NCBI GenBank assembly: GCA_016930715.1
Contig: JAFGGC010000013.1
Coordinates: 7,796 to 71,795 of the forward strand
Origin: Endomicrobiales bacterium
GTDB lineage: Bacteria; Elusimicrobiota; Endomicrobiia; Endomicrobiales; JAFGGC01
DNA length: 64,000 bases
Reading direction: 5' to 3'
Part shown: piece by piece, positions 8,600 to 16,226 of the stretch
Numbering within the stretch: the stretch's first letter is position 1
How the letters are laid out: every line of letters starts with the position of its first letter
Program-made: the position numbers and the translations under genes
The notes under the pieces: model-generated
What the model saw: only the letters and a program-made list of their open reading frames with translations
What the model was told of the DNA's origin: nothing
Databases searched by the model: none

Positions 8600-8646
8600 G
8601 TTGTGAGTTTATAAGTAGTAATCTTTGAATAAATGAGAGGCGAATC

Positions 8647-10029
8647 GTGAAAAGTATTGAATCCATAATGGATGAAGCAGCCCAAGGTAATACAGATGCT
8701 ATTAAGCACTTGATCAAAGAAAAAGATGCAAGGGTATACTACGATGAAACTCTCCTAATGATAGCGGTAAAAAAAGGATACACTGGTGTAGTTAAATTAT
8801 TGCTCGATGCGGGTGCAGATGTCAATGCACAAGCTCATTATGATGGTGATAAAAGAATGGTATATACGGCCTTAAGTATGGCGGCATGGACAGGGCCTGT
8901 CGAAGTTGTAAAGCTTCTAACTGAATATGGCGCCAATCTTGAAGCGAAAAATGGTTATGGTGATACGGCTCTAAGACTAGCAATTAGAAGCAATAAAATT
9001 GATATAAAAGACAAATATGAAATTACCAAAGTTTTAATCAATGCCAAGGCTAATGTATATGTAAATGATAAGCATAGGGGATCATTGCTAATTGAAGCTG
9101 CCGATAATGGAGTAGTTGAAATTGCTAAGCTTCTTATTGACGCCAATATTGATGTAAATGCAAGAATTACTAGTGGACGCACGGCGTTGATGTTTGCAGT
9201 TGGGAATGACCATGAAGATGTCGTAAAGTTGTTGATTAGTTCGAAAGCAAAAATAGATATTAGTGATAATGAAGGAGATACGGCTCTTTTGCTTGCAGCC
9301 AAAGAGGGAAAGACTGAAAAAGTCAAGCTTCTAATTGATGCCAATGCTGATATCAATATTAGTAACAAGCATGGAAAAACTGCATTAATGATAGTGGCCG
9401 AAAAAGGGTATATTGAAATTGCAGAACTCCTAATCAATATCGGGGTTGATATTAACAAAAAGATAAATGTTAGACTTATAAGCATACTGTATACGGCTAT
9501 TTGTAGAACGAAACATATTGCAGAGTTTCTATATAATTCGCAGAGATATAATGGATGGACAGCATTGATGTTCGCCGCTTATAAAGGTCATACTGATATT
9601 GTCAAACTACTAATTGAAAAACAAGTAGATATAGACGCAAAGGACAAAAAGGGAATGACATCATTAATACATGCTGTTATTGAAGGGCATGGAGATATTG
9701 TAAAGCTTTTAATAGATGCGCAGGCTGATGTAAATATGGCAGATACAAAAGGAGTAACTGCATTAATGCTTGCGGCCTTTTTGGGTAATGAAGACATATT
9801 GAAAATGCTAATAAGAGCGAAGGCCGATGTTAACGCAAAAAGCAAAAACGGAGCAACATCTTTAATGGCTGCATCTCGGAAGGGTTCTATTGATATGGTA
9901 AAACTACTAATCAATGCAGGTGCTGATATTAATGTGAAGGGTAAAAAGGGAGAGACAGCATTAAAGTATAATAGCGGAGCATATCAATCAAAGATTGAAG
10001 AACTCTTGAGGAATGCTGGAGCTAAATAA
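8647..10029 (+). CDS. ankyrin-repeat protein (about 12 repeats)
   Basis: Repeated G.TALM.A...GH.(D/E)(I/V)VKLLI.A.AD(V/I)N units. GTG 8647 has a GAGAGG SD 7 nt upstream. Confidence 0.85.
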   Translation: MKSIESIMDEAAQGNTDAIKHLIKEKDARVYYDETLLMIAVKKGYTGVVKLLLDAGADVNAQAHYDGDKRMVYTALSMAAWTGPVEVVKLLTEYGANLEAKNGYGDTALRLAIRSNKIDIKDKYEITKVLINAKANVYVNDKHRGSLLIEAADNGVVEIAKLLIDANIDVNARITSGRTALMFAVGNDHEDVVKLLISSKAKIDISDNEGDTALLLAAKEGKTEKVKLLIDANADINISNKHGKTALMIVAEKGYIEIAELLINIGVDINKKINVRLISILYTAICRTKHIAEFLYNSQRYNGWTALMFAAYKGHTDIVKLLIEKQVDIDAKDKKGMTSLIHAVIEGHGDIVKLLIDAQADVNMADTKGVTALMLAAFLGNEDILKMLIRAKADVNAKSKNGATSLMAASRKGSIDMVKLLINAGADINVKGKKGETALKYNSGAYQSKIEELLRNAGAK

Positions 10030-10068
10030 TACTCTTTCGAATAAGCAAAATACTATTCAGGAACATCT

Positions 10069-10482
10069 ATGAAAAAACTAACAAAAAAACGAATAGCCGA
10101 ATTGAAAGAACGGTTGCATAAGAGTCAGTGGTTCAAGGACCATTATCTGGTTTTCCAGGAAGGGGCACGCCATATCAAAAAAATGGGATTAAATGAGTTG
10201 ATGGAAAAGCTAGAAGCAGAGAGAGCAATGAAACAGATGTCAGTATTGACCTCAATGACTGGTCTGCTGGCTTCGCAGGGACTGTCAAAGGGACAAGTAG
10301 TGTTAGTGATGCAAAGATTCAACGAAATAGGATCAACGAGTCGTTTCGGCGCATTAAATGAGCTCATGTATGCAGTGTTGAATAGCTTGGTAACGGAAGG
10401 CAGGCTGAAATTGCCGGAAGCACGCATTGGAGATATTGCGGCGAAGATATCGGAATCAGCCCAGAGATTAGGTATTTCCTAA
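10069..10482 (+). CDS. hypothetical protein
   Basis: 137-aa ORF directly after the ankyrin gene. Helical, with no recognisable motif. Confidence 0.5.
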   Translation: MKKLTKKRIAELKERLHKSQWFKDHYLVFQEGARHIKKMGLNELMEKLEAERAMKQMSVLTSMTGLLASQGLSKGQVVLVMQRFNEIGSTSRFGALNELMYAVLNSLVTEGRLKLPEARIGDIAAKISESAQRLGIS

Positions 10483-10517
10483 ATAATGACACAATACTCA
10501 ACCAGGGCGGGAGAGTT

Positions 10518-10769
10518 ATGGCAAAAAAAGCCGATTGGCCTGAAGGCAGGCCTCCGACAAAAGATGAGCTAAGCTGGCTGAGGTTCAGGGCGCTTGCCAA
10601 ACGCGAAGCGGCTAGGATAGGCAAACTGGAAGAAGACAGCCGCAAGAAAGAAATATATGAAATACTGGATGAGCATTTGTTTGGGGAGAAGACAAAGGAA
10701 GACGAAGAGACGGCAAAAGAGCTTAAACGCCTGAAAAGCACGATCAAGAAAGCACGAGAAGAAGAATAG
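10518..10769 (+). CDS. hypothetical highly charged small protein
   Basis: 83-aa Lys/Glu-rich ORF with a GGGAGAG SD, followed by a strong terminator. Confidence 0.45.
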   Translation: MAKKADWPEGRPPTKDELSWLRFRALAKREAARIGKLEEDSRKKEIYEILDEHLFGEKTKEDEETAKELKRLKSTIKKAREEE

Positions 10770-10788
10770 AGGCCTTGCGGAATCAATA

Positions 10789-10820
10789 AAGCATCCTTAA
10801 ATATTAAGGATGCTTTTTTA
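10789..10820 (+). terminator. rho-independent terminator
   Basis: Perfect 10-bp stem aagcatcctt / aaggatgctt, 7-nt loop, then a T-run. It lies only about 15 nt before the next start codon. Confidence 0.75.
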
Positions 10821-10834
10821 ACGGGAGGATAGAT

Positions 10835-13384
10835 ATGAATCAATTCAGGGATAAGTATTTGCTGAATATAGAAAAAGACAGGGAAATACCAAATAACCAT
10901 GGCAATATATTCGGGGATTATTGGGAATGCAATTCGATAGCCGAAGAATATGTATGCTCGATGTATGAAGACAGCCTGGACGGAGCAAGAGAGTATGAAG
11001 AACAACACCCTCAAGATGCCTTTGGGTACTATTGGGAGGTGTTAAATCTCATAGCGTTGAAGCAATATGACGAAATTGATCAAGTCATCAATAAGGCCAA
11101 GAATAAAGTGTTCCTGATAGGCGATATTTATCAGGCGATAGGAATCAAAGAGCTTTATCTTAAGCAAGACGTGAAGGAAGCCATGGTTTGGTTTGTGAGA
11201 GCCGCCTACGCTCGCGACCCTTACGTGTTGGTTGAAGACGAAAATATACTTGCGCTCTTTAAGGCCGCGGCTATCGTGCTTGGTCTTGAAACAGAGCGCA
11301 AGATGCTGGAATCAATAATTTCTGAATACGGGCTCCTGACCGACGGCGATTACGACTCGATAAGCGCGTTTCATCATATAGGAGAAGTCGTGAGCCGGAT
11401 AAAGAATGCTCTTTCCACGGCCAATGATAAAATGAAAGAAGAAGTAACTCAGATGGTGAAATACCTGGCATCTGAGCTTTTAAAAGTATATCCGACTTTG
11501 AGCAGGTATGATTATATTATCCTGAAATATACGGACCTTATACGAATGGATCGGGATAATAATCATTACTATGCTGAAAGGGGCTATGCATACTTCGCAA
11601 GGTGGAATAAATACAAAATATGCGGAGACCTGGATAATGCCGGCAATGATTTCAGGAAAGCAATCGAATTAAACAAAGGGAATGTATTCGCCTATATAGG
11701 GCTGGCAGATACGCTAAATGCGAAAGGCGAATATGGCGAAGCCGAGAAAGCGGCCGAAACATCCTTGAGGTTAGATAGAGATAATAATACGGCGTATTAT
11801 ATTCTCTACGAGATCTATCTAAACTCAAACGATAAAGAAAAGGCCGTTGATGCCGCCAACAAGTTGTTGTCATTATCAAAGATCAGAAGTCCACATTTTG
11901 CGATGCTGGCAAACGCCTGTAATAATGCCAAAGAATATAAGCAAGCTATCAAATATTGCGATATCGCACTCCAGTACGATGTAAATTGCATAGATGCTTA
12001 TAAGGCGAGAATAGCCGCAAGCCAGGCAACGGGTGACAATATGCTTGTAAAGTATGACAAAGAGAGAATTATGGAGCTGACAAAACCGCATGATCAGGAC
12101 GAATACGATGCCTATGCGTACCAAATGCATAAATCCTTGCGTTCGAAAGAAATGAAATTGCCAAATTGGGACAGATGGGATGGTAAGCTTCATCTGTGGG
12201 GATATCTTGCCAGGGGATACGCCTGCAATAAAATACTCAAGAGAATTGACCAGTATCGCTGGATAGATATGATTGAGCCCGGTTTGGAGGCGATAAGGAA
12301 GCAACTGGCGACAATGTACGATGAAAATGGGGACATGATGAAGGCAAAGCACATATTGGAGGAACTGAGCGGCAAATCTCCTGACAAGAACGCGCTTTTT
12401 GCACTGGTGCAGATGTATTTTGACGAAGGAGATTATCTCAGGGCTATCCAGGAGTGCGACAGGATAAAGACGAATGAGCCAACGGAAGTCGACTATATCC
12501 GTCTCATAAAAGGTCATTCGCTGTTTCGCCTGTTTAAGTATCGTGATGCGATACGGTGTTATGATCAGGTAGTGGAAAATGCTAAGTCAGATAGGCATGT
12601 TATTGATGCGCTATTCAACAGGGGATGCGCATACATGGAACTGGGCGACTACAATAGGGGCCTGGATGAGATGAAGCTTGTGCTGAAAAAAGACGAGAGG
12701 CATCCTTACGTGTTTTATAACATTGCATTCGCTCTGGATAAGCTGGGTCAAAAGGAAGACGCCCTGAGATGCTTTAAAATCGCGGCCGAACGGGGAATTG
12801 ACACAGCCCTGAAACACATCAATAAAAGCGGCGAAGAGTATGTCAGCTTCGCAATGATGAAGCATGCTGAAACCTCCGGAGTCAGGTATGAATGGAAGAT
12901 ATGGTTTAGAAAGGCATTCGAACTGGAATCGCTGGCTGACAGTTGTTTCCATATGGGGTTGTTTGTGGAAGAAGAGTTTAATACAGAGAGATTGCACTGT
13001 TTAGACAGGGTTCTGGCGGAATGCCCCGGGAACAATGTGGCAATATTCAAAAAAGCGAGAATATTAAGGCGATTGGGGCACCATCGGGAAGCATTGGATT
13101 TGTTATTGACACTTTCAGGTTCCAACATAAACTCGGAAGTGTTAAAAGAGAGAGGCGAAATTCATGATATCCTCGAACAGTACGATGAGGCATACCAGTG
13201 TTTTATCAACGCAAACAAGTTGGACCCCGGGAATGAGGAGATTAGAAACGCGTTACATAATTATGCAGAGAATATCGAAGAAATGAAAAGGAATAAGAAA
13301 CACAGGGACGGCAGAGACAAAAGAAAGGACGAACTGAGGCTTATGAAGCTTCTCTTCGGCAATAGGAAGCACAAGAACACATGA
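10835..13384 (+). CDS. large TPR-repeat protein
   Basis: Many 34-residue A..(Y/F)..A(I/L)..(D/N)P.(N/D) units, e.g. AGNDFRKAIELNKGNVFAYIGLADTLNAKGEYGEAEKAAETSLRLDRDN. Confidence 0.8.
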   Translation: MNQFRDKYLLNIEKDREIPNNHGNIFGDYWECNSIAEEYVCSMYEDSLDGAREYEEQHPQDAFGYYWEVLNLIALKQYDEIDQVINKAKNKVFLIGDIYQAIGIKELYLKQDVKEAMVWFVRAAYARDPYVLVEDENILALFKAAAIVLGLETERKMLESIISEYGLLTDGDYDSISAFHHIGEVVSRIKNALSTANDKMKEEVTQMVKYLASELLKVYPTLSRYDYIILKYTDLIRMDRDNNHYYAERGYAYFARWNKYKICGDLDNAGNDFRKAIELNKGNVFAYIGLADTLNAKGEYGEAEKAAETSLRLDRDNNTAYYILYEIYLNSNDKEKAVDAANKLLSLSKIRSPHFAMLANACNNAKEYKQAIKYCDIALQYDVNCIDAYKARIAASQATGDNMLVKYDKERIMELTKPHDQDEYDAYAYQMHKSLRSKEMKLPNWDRWDGKLHLWGYLARGYACNKILKRIDQYRWIDMIEPGLEAIRKQLATMYDENGDMMKAKHILEELSGKSPDKNALFALVQMYFDEGDYLRAIQECDRIKTNEPTEVDYIRLIKGHSLFRLFKYRDAIRCYDQVVENAKSDRHVIDALFNRGCAYMELGDYNRGLDEMKLVLKKDERHPYVFYNIAFALDKLGQKEDALRCFKIAAERGIDTALKHINKSGEEYVSFAMMKHAETSGVRYEWKIWFRKAFELESLADSCFHMGLFVEEEFNTERLHCLDRVLAECPGNNVAIFKKARILRRLGHHREALDLLLTLSGSNINSEVLKERGEIHDILEQYDEAYQCFINANKLDPGNEEIRNALHNYAENIEEMKRNKKHRDGRDKRKDELRLMKLLFGNRKHKNT

Positions 13385-13398
13385 GATTCAAGGGAACG

Positions 13399-13434
13399 GC
13401 ATAACATCCCGCAGCAGGGATGTTATGCTGTTTA
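13399..13434 (+). terminator. intrinsic terminator candidate
   Basis: Perfect 12-bp stem gcataacatccc / gggatgttatgc, 6-nt loop, then tgttt. Confidence 0.55.
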
Positions 13435-13446
13435 AAGGAAATAATA

Positions 13447-13689
13447 ATGAAGAAAATTGGATCTGGGTTGCAGGCAAAGATACCACAATTGCAGATAGAT
13501 ATATACAAGATCAGAAACAAGGGGCACAGGGAATATCTGGAAGCGACATCAGGAAAAACGAAGGAATTCAAGGCAAACAATCAGAAACAAAGGAAAGAAA
13601 TAGCATTTACGCTGCGGTTACAGAGACAGTGGAAGCAGATAAGGAAAATAGCGGAAGAAAAGAAGAAACAAAAACAGCAGAACCCGTAA
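13447..13689 (+). CDS. small basic helical protein, paralog 1
   Basis: About half its residues are identical by hand alignment to ORF 14568-14813 (MKK..SG, Q.DIY.IR, REY.EAT, KTKE.KA, IA.TL, WK.IR.IAEEKK.QKQ). Confidence 0.6.
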   Translation: MKKIGSGLQAKIPQLQIDIYKIRNKGHREYLEATSGKTKEFKANNQKQRKEIAFTLRLQRQWKQIRKIAEEKKKQKQQNP

Positions 13690-13827
13690 GCAGTAGTTTT
13701 GGCAAGAAATCGATAGGCGCTGTGCAGCTGCCGTACGGAAGCAATGAGGATGTAGGAAAGAAGGAATTTCTGCTTGACGGCCAATGGGTTGACTAAAGCG
13801 CAATAAGCGAACAAAAAGGAGCCAGAC

Positions 13828-14565
13828 ATGAATAATGAAACGAAAGATATATTAAAAGAGCATTTGCGCATTTCGAGGGACATAATCCTTTTAGCTGATG
13901 AATACGCAAGAAATAGCGGGGAGCAATTTGAGTCATGCCTTGTAGATTTAGGCATTATTGAGCGGTTAGATTTAATAGGATTTATGGCCAATCAATACGG
14001 CATCAAGGCTGTAGATCTTGAAGAAATCGAATTGCCCACAGAGACCGTCAGAATTGTTACAGAAGGCATTGCCAGGGGGTATTCATTGATACCGTTCTGC
14101 AAAGAAGAAGATCAGTTGTTTGTTGCAATATCGAATACAGGCAACATGGAAGCAATTAAGAATATTCTAAAGAGTGCAAATTATGAAAAGTCGTATTATA
14201 TCGAATTGTATGACGATATAATGAGAAGCTTGGACAAAGTATATGTGTTTTCAGATATGCCGACAAGCTCCGGCCAATCTAAGGAACTTCAAACTGCGTT
14301 GATAAGACGAAGCAGATATAGTCTGCAGCGCAGAAGATATGAGGCCGCATTGTCTGATATCAAGAAGGCGATAGATTGTTGTTCTGATGGGGCAATTGCG
14401 CATAGTGAAAGAAACCGGGTTTTGCAGGAAATAATAGATAATATCGAAGCCCTGAAGGATACTGACCAGCAGATATTGAATTACCCATCCGAAGTACATG
14501 CGTATAATGAGAAAATGGCGATACTTAAGAACATTAAAGGACTATGTTCGTTTCTTGTGAGGTAA
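13828..14565 (+). CDS. MshEN / GspE-N-terminal (T2SSE_N) domain protein with a helical C-terminal half
   Basis: CLVDLGIIERLDLIGFMANQYGIKAVDLEEIELPTETVRIVTEGIARGYSLIPFCKEEDQLFVAISN matches the T2SSE_N pattern. No ATPase domain. Confidence 0.7.
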   Translation: MNNETKDILKEHLRISRDIILLADEYARNSGEQFESCLVDLGIIERLDLIGFMANQYGIKAVDLEEIELPTETVRIVTEGIARGYSLIPFCKEEDQLFVAISNTGNMEAIKNILKSANYEKSYYIELYDDIMRSLDKVYVFSDMPTSSGQSKELQTALIRRSRYSLQRRRYEAALSDIKKAIDCCSDGAIAHSERNRVLQEIIDNIEALKDTDQQILNYPSEVHAYNEKMAILKNIKGLCSFLVR

Positions 14566-14567
14566 CC

Positions 14568-14813
14568 ATGAAGAAAATGCAATCTGGAAAACCGACAATA
14601 TTGTCGCAGATGCAATTAGACATTTATAGAATAAGGGCTAGGAGACAACGGGAGTATTGGGAAGCGACAAAGGATAAAACGAAGGAAGCCAAAGCAAGGA
14701 ACCGGGCAATAAGACATAAAATAGCATTAACGCTCAGTTCGCAGCATGACTGGAAAATAATCAGACGTATAGCAGAAGAGAAAAAGAGACAGAAGCAAGC
14801 GGAAAAACCGTAA
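14568..14813 (+). CDS. small basic helical protein, paralog 2
   Basis: Paralog of 13447-13689. The ATG is 2 nt after the upstream stop, with a GTGAGG SD. Confidence 0.6.
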   Translation: MKKMQSGKPTILSQMQLDIYRIRARRQREYWEATKDKTKEAKARNRAIRHKIALTLSSQHDWKIIRRIAEEKKRQKQAEKP

Positions 14814-14836
14814 TTAGCGAACGAGAGGAGAAAACC

Positions 14837-15658
14837 ATGAAAATACTATTTACAACTGATTTGCACGGCAATATGTGGAAGTATAAGCAGTTAAAGGCCG
14901 CTGTAACGGAACATAAGCCGGACATTCTGATCAACGGTGGGGACATGATGCCTATTGACGACCACAACATAATGAATCAGGGCAGGTTCATAGAAACCCA
15001 GCTGGCGGAACAGATGAAGTATTACGGCGACCAGGGCATATACTTCCTTTGCCTGCCGGGAAACCACGACTTGCCGATATTTGATTCATTGTTCGAGGGA
15101 ACCTGTAAAAAGCATCCAAACGCGTTCTTCCTTGATAATCGCAGGGTCAAGATCAAGGATTACGAATTCATAGGGATGAGCTGGATAGTGGATTTTCCGT
15201 TTGACTGCAAGGACCGGTGTCGGCTGGACGATAAGAATTCCATCCCAAGAGACCCTTATGAGAAAACAGTTATATCTGAAGGTACGGCGATGAAGGAAAT
15301 TGTAGACTGGGTACAATACATCAAAGGATTGCCTACCATAGAGGACGAGTTGAATGGGTTAGTAAAACCGGAAAATATGGCAAATACGATCTACGTTATG
15401 CATCAGCCACCGGCTAGAACTGGGCTTGCCGGGGACGAAGATAATCCAAATAATGGATCGGAAGCCATATACAGGTTCCTCAAGGATAAACAGCCCAAAA
15501 TGTCTCTGCATGGCCATTGCCACAATGCTCCAGAGATCACCGGCAAGTGGCATAATAAGATTGGCAAGACGGTATGCATTCAGCCCGGCCAGCAGGAAGA
15601 CTTTGCCTATGTCGTTATCGACCTCGATTCGATGGAGTACAAAAGGTTCAAGATCTAG
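14837..15658 (+). CDS. calcineurin-like metallophosphoesterase
   Basis: Motifs TDLHGN, GGDMM, GNHD and HGHCH in canonical order. Confidence 0.8.
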   Translation: MKILFTTDLHGNMWKYKQLKAAVTEHKPDILINGGDMMPIDDHNIMNQGRFIETQLAEQMKYYGDQGIYFLCLPGNHDLPIFDSLFEGTCKKHPNAFFLDNRRVKIKDYEFIGMSWIVDFPFDCKDRCRLDDKNSIPRDPYEKTVISEGTAMKEIVDWVQYIKGLPTIEDELNGLVKPENMANTIYVMHQPPARTGLAGDEDNPNNGSEAIYRFLKDKQPKMSLHGHCHNAPEITGKWHNKIGKTVCIQPGQQEDFAYVVIDLDSMEYKRFKI

Positions 15659-15698
15659 CCATTGTAGTCGTTTATAATTGATTTATCAGCAAGATTGG

Positions 15699-15737
15699 CA
15701 GGGTGCTTGCCATATAAACATGGCAGACACCCTGTTT
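15699..15737 (+). terminator. intrinsic terminator candidate
   Basis: Outer stem cagggtg / caccctg and inner stem tgccat / atggca, then ttt. Confidence 0.5.
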
Positions 15738-15774
15738 CATTAAACGCTCAAAATATTGAATAGTAAAATTTCAT

Positions 15775-15803
15775 TTGAATAATGGCGATTAGTTTTGTAT
15801 AAT
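15775..15803 (+). promoter_or_regulatory. sigma70-type promoter candidate upstream of the tRNA-Lys/Leu-tig unit
   Basis: ttgaat-N17-tataat. Confidence 0.4.
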
Positions 15804-15967
15804 ACGTTTCCAATATGTATTTTGGCATGTGTTAAAAATATGTTATCAGTGCCAAAACGGATTGTTTTTTTGACATATCAGAAGTTGTCATAAACTGTCA
15901 TAAATTTTGCGCTTCATATAGTTTTCTCGTCGGAAAATAAGAAAACACAGGTTTATAGACGACAAAC

Positions 15968-16040
15968 GCACCGCTAGCTCAATTGGTAGAGCAGGCGACT
16001 CTTAATCGCCAGGTTATAGGTTCAAATCCTATGCGGTGCA
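15968..16040 (+). tRNA. tRNA-Lys (anticodon CTT)
   Basis: Cloverleaf folded by hand: acceptor gcaccgc/gcggtgc, D arm gctc-aattggta-gagc, anticodon arm ggcga-ctCTTaa-tcgcc, T arm atagg-ttcaaat-cctat. Confidence 0.9.
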
Positions 16041-16069
16041 TTTTAAATCAGCTGTTAAAACTGGCTAGT

Positions 16070-16151
16070 GCGGACGTGGCGGAATTGGCAGACGCGTACG
16101 GCTTAGGACCGTATGCCGTAAGGCATGTGGGTTCAAGTCCCTCCGTCCGCA
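16070..16151 (+). tRNA. tRNA-Leu (anticodon TAG), class II
   Basis: Acceptor gcggacg/cgtccgc, D region tggcggaattggcagacgcg, anticodon arm tacgg-ctTAGga-ccgta, long variable arm tgccgtaaggcat. Confidence 0.85.
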
Positions 16152-16226
16152 TTAAGAACTTCCGGGCTTGTCATACCGCGGCAATCCGGATCGGACAGAA
16201 GTCGACCAATCACAGAAAGGAAACCA

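Larger units (their letters stand above)
1498..15967. other. AT-rich accessory (defence-island-like) region, mosaic
   Basis: Hand GC counts of sample lines: about 33 percent at 1801-1860 and 6121-6180, versus about 55 percent at 20001-20060. The gene content is non-housekeeping. The region ends in 309 nt of AT-rich non-coding DNA before tRNA-Lys. Confidence 0.6.

Noticed and set aside
8430-8717. 95-aa minus-strand ORF spanning the gap before the ankyrin gene.
   Set aside because: It has no SD, overlaps the ankyrin start, and its sequence is Ser/Arg-rich low complexity. The region is better explained as structured non-coding DNA.
10364-11014. 216-aa minus-strand ORF.
   Set aside because: It is antisense to three plus-strand ORFs and crosses a strong plus-strand terminator. 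The translation is hydrophobic and Ser-rich, without motifs.
13425-13796. 123-aa ORF in an alternative frame over the small basic gene.
   Set aside because: The 13447-13689 frame is supported by a paralog at 14568-14813. The alternative frame has no such support.
15659-16151. Classical tRNA-3'-end integration of the AT-rich island at tRNA-Lys or tRNA-Leu.
   Set aside because: The island lies on the 5' side of both tRNAs. No partial copy of either tRNA and no integrase is visible in the window.
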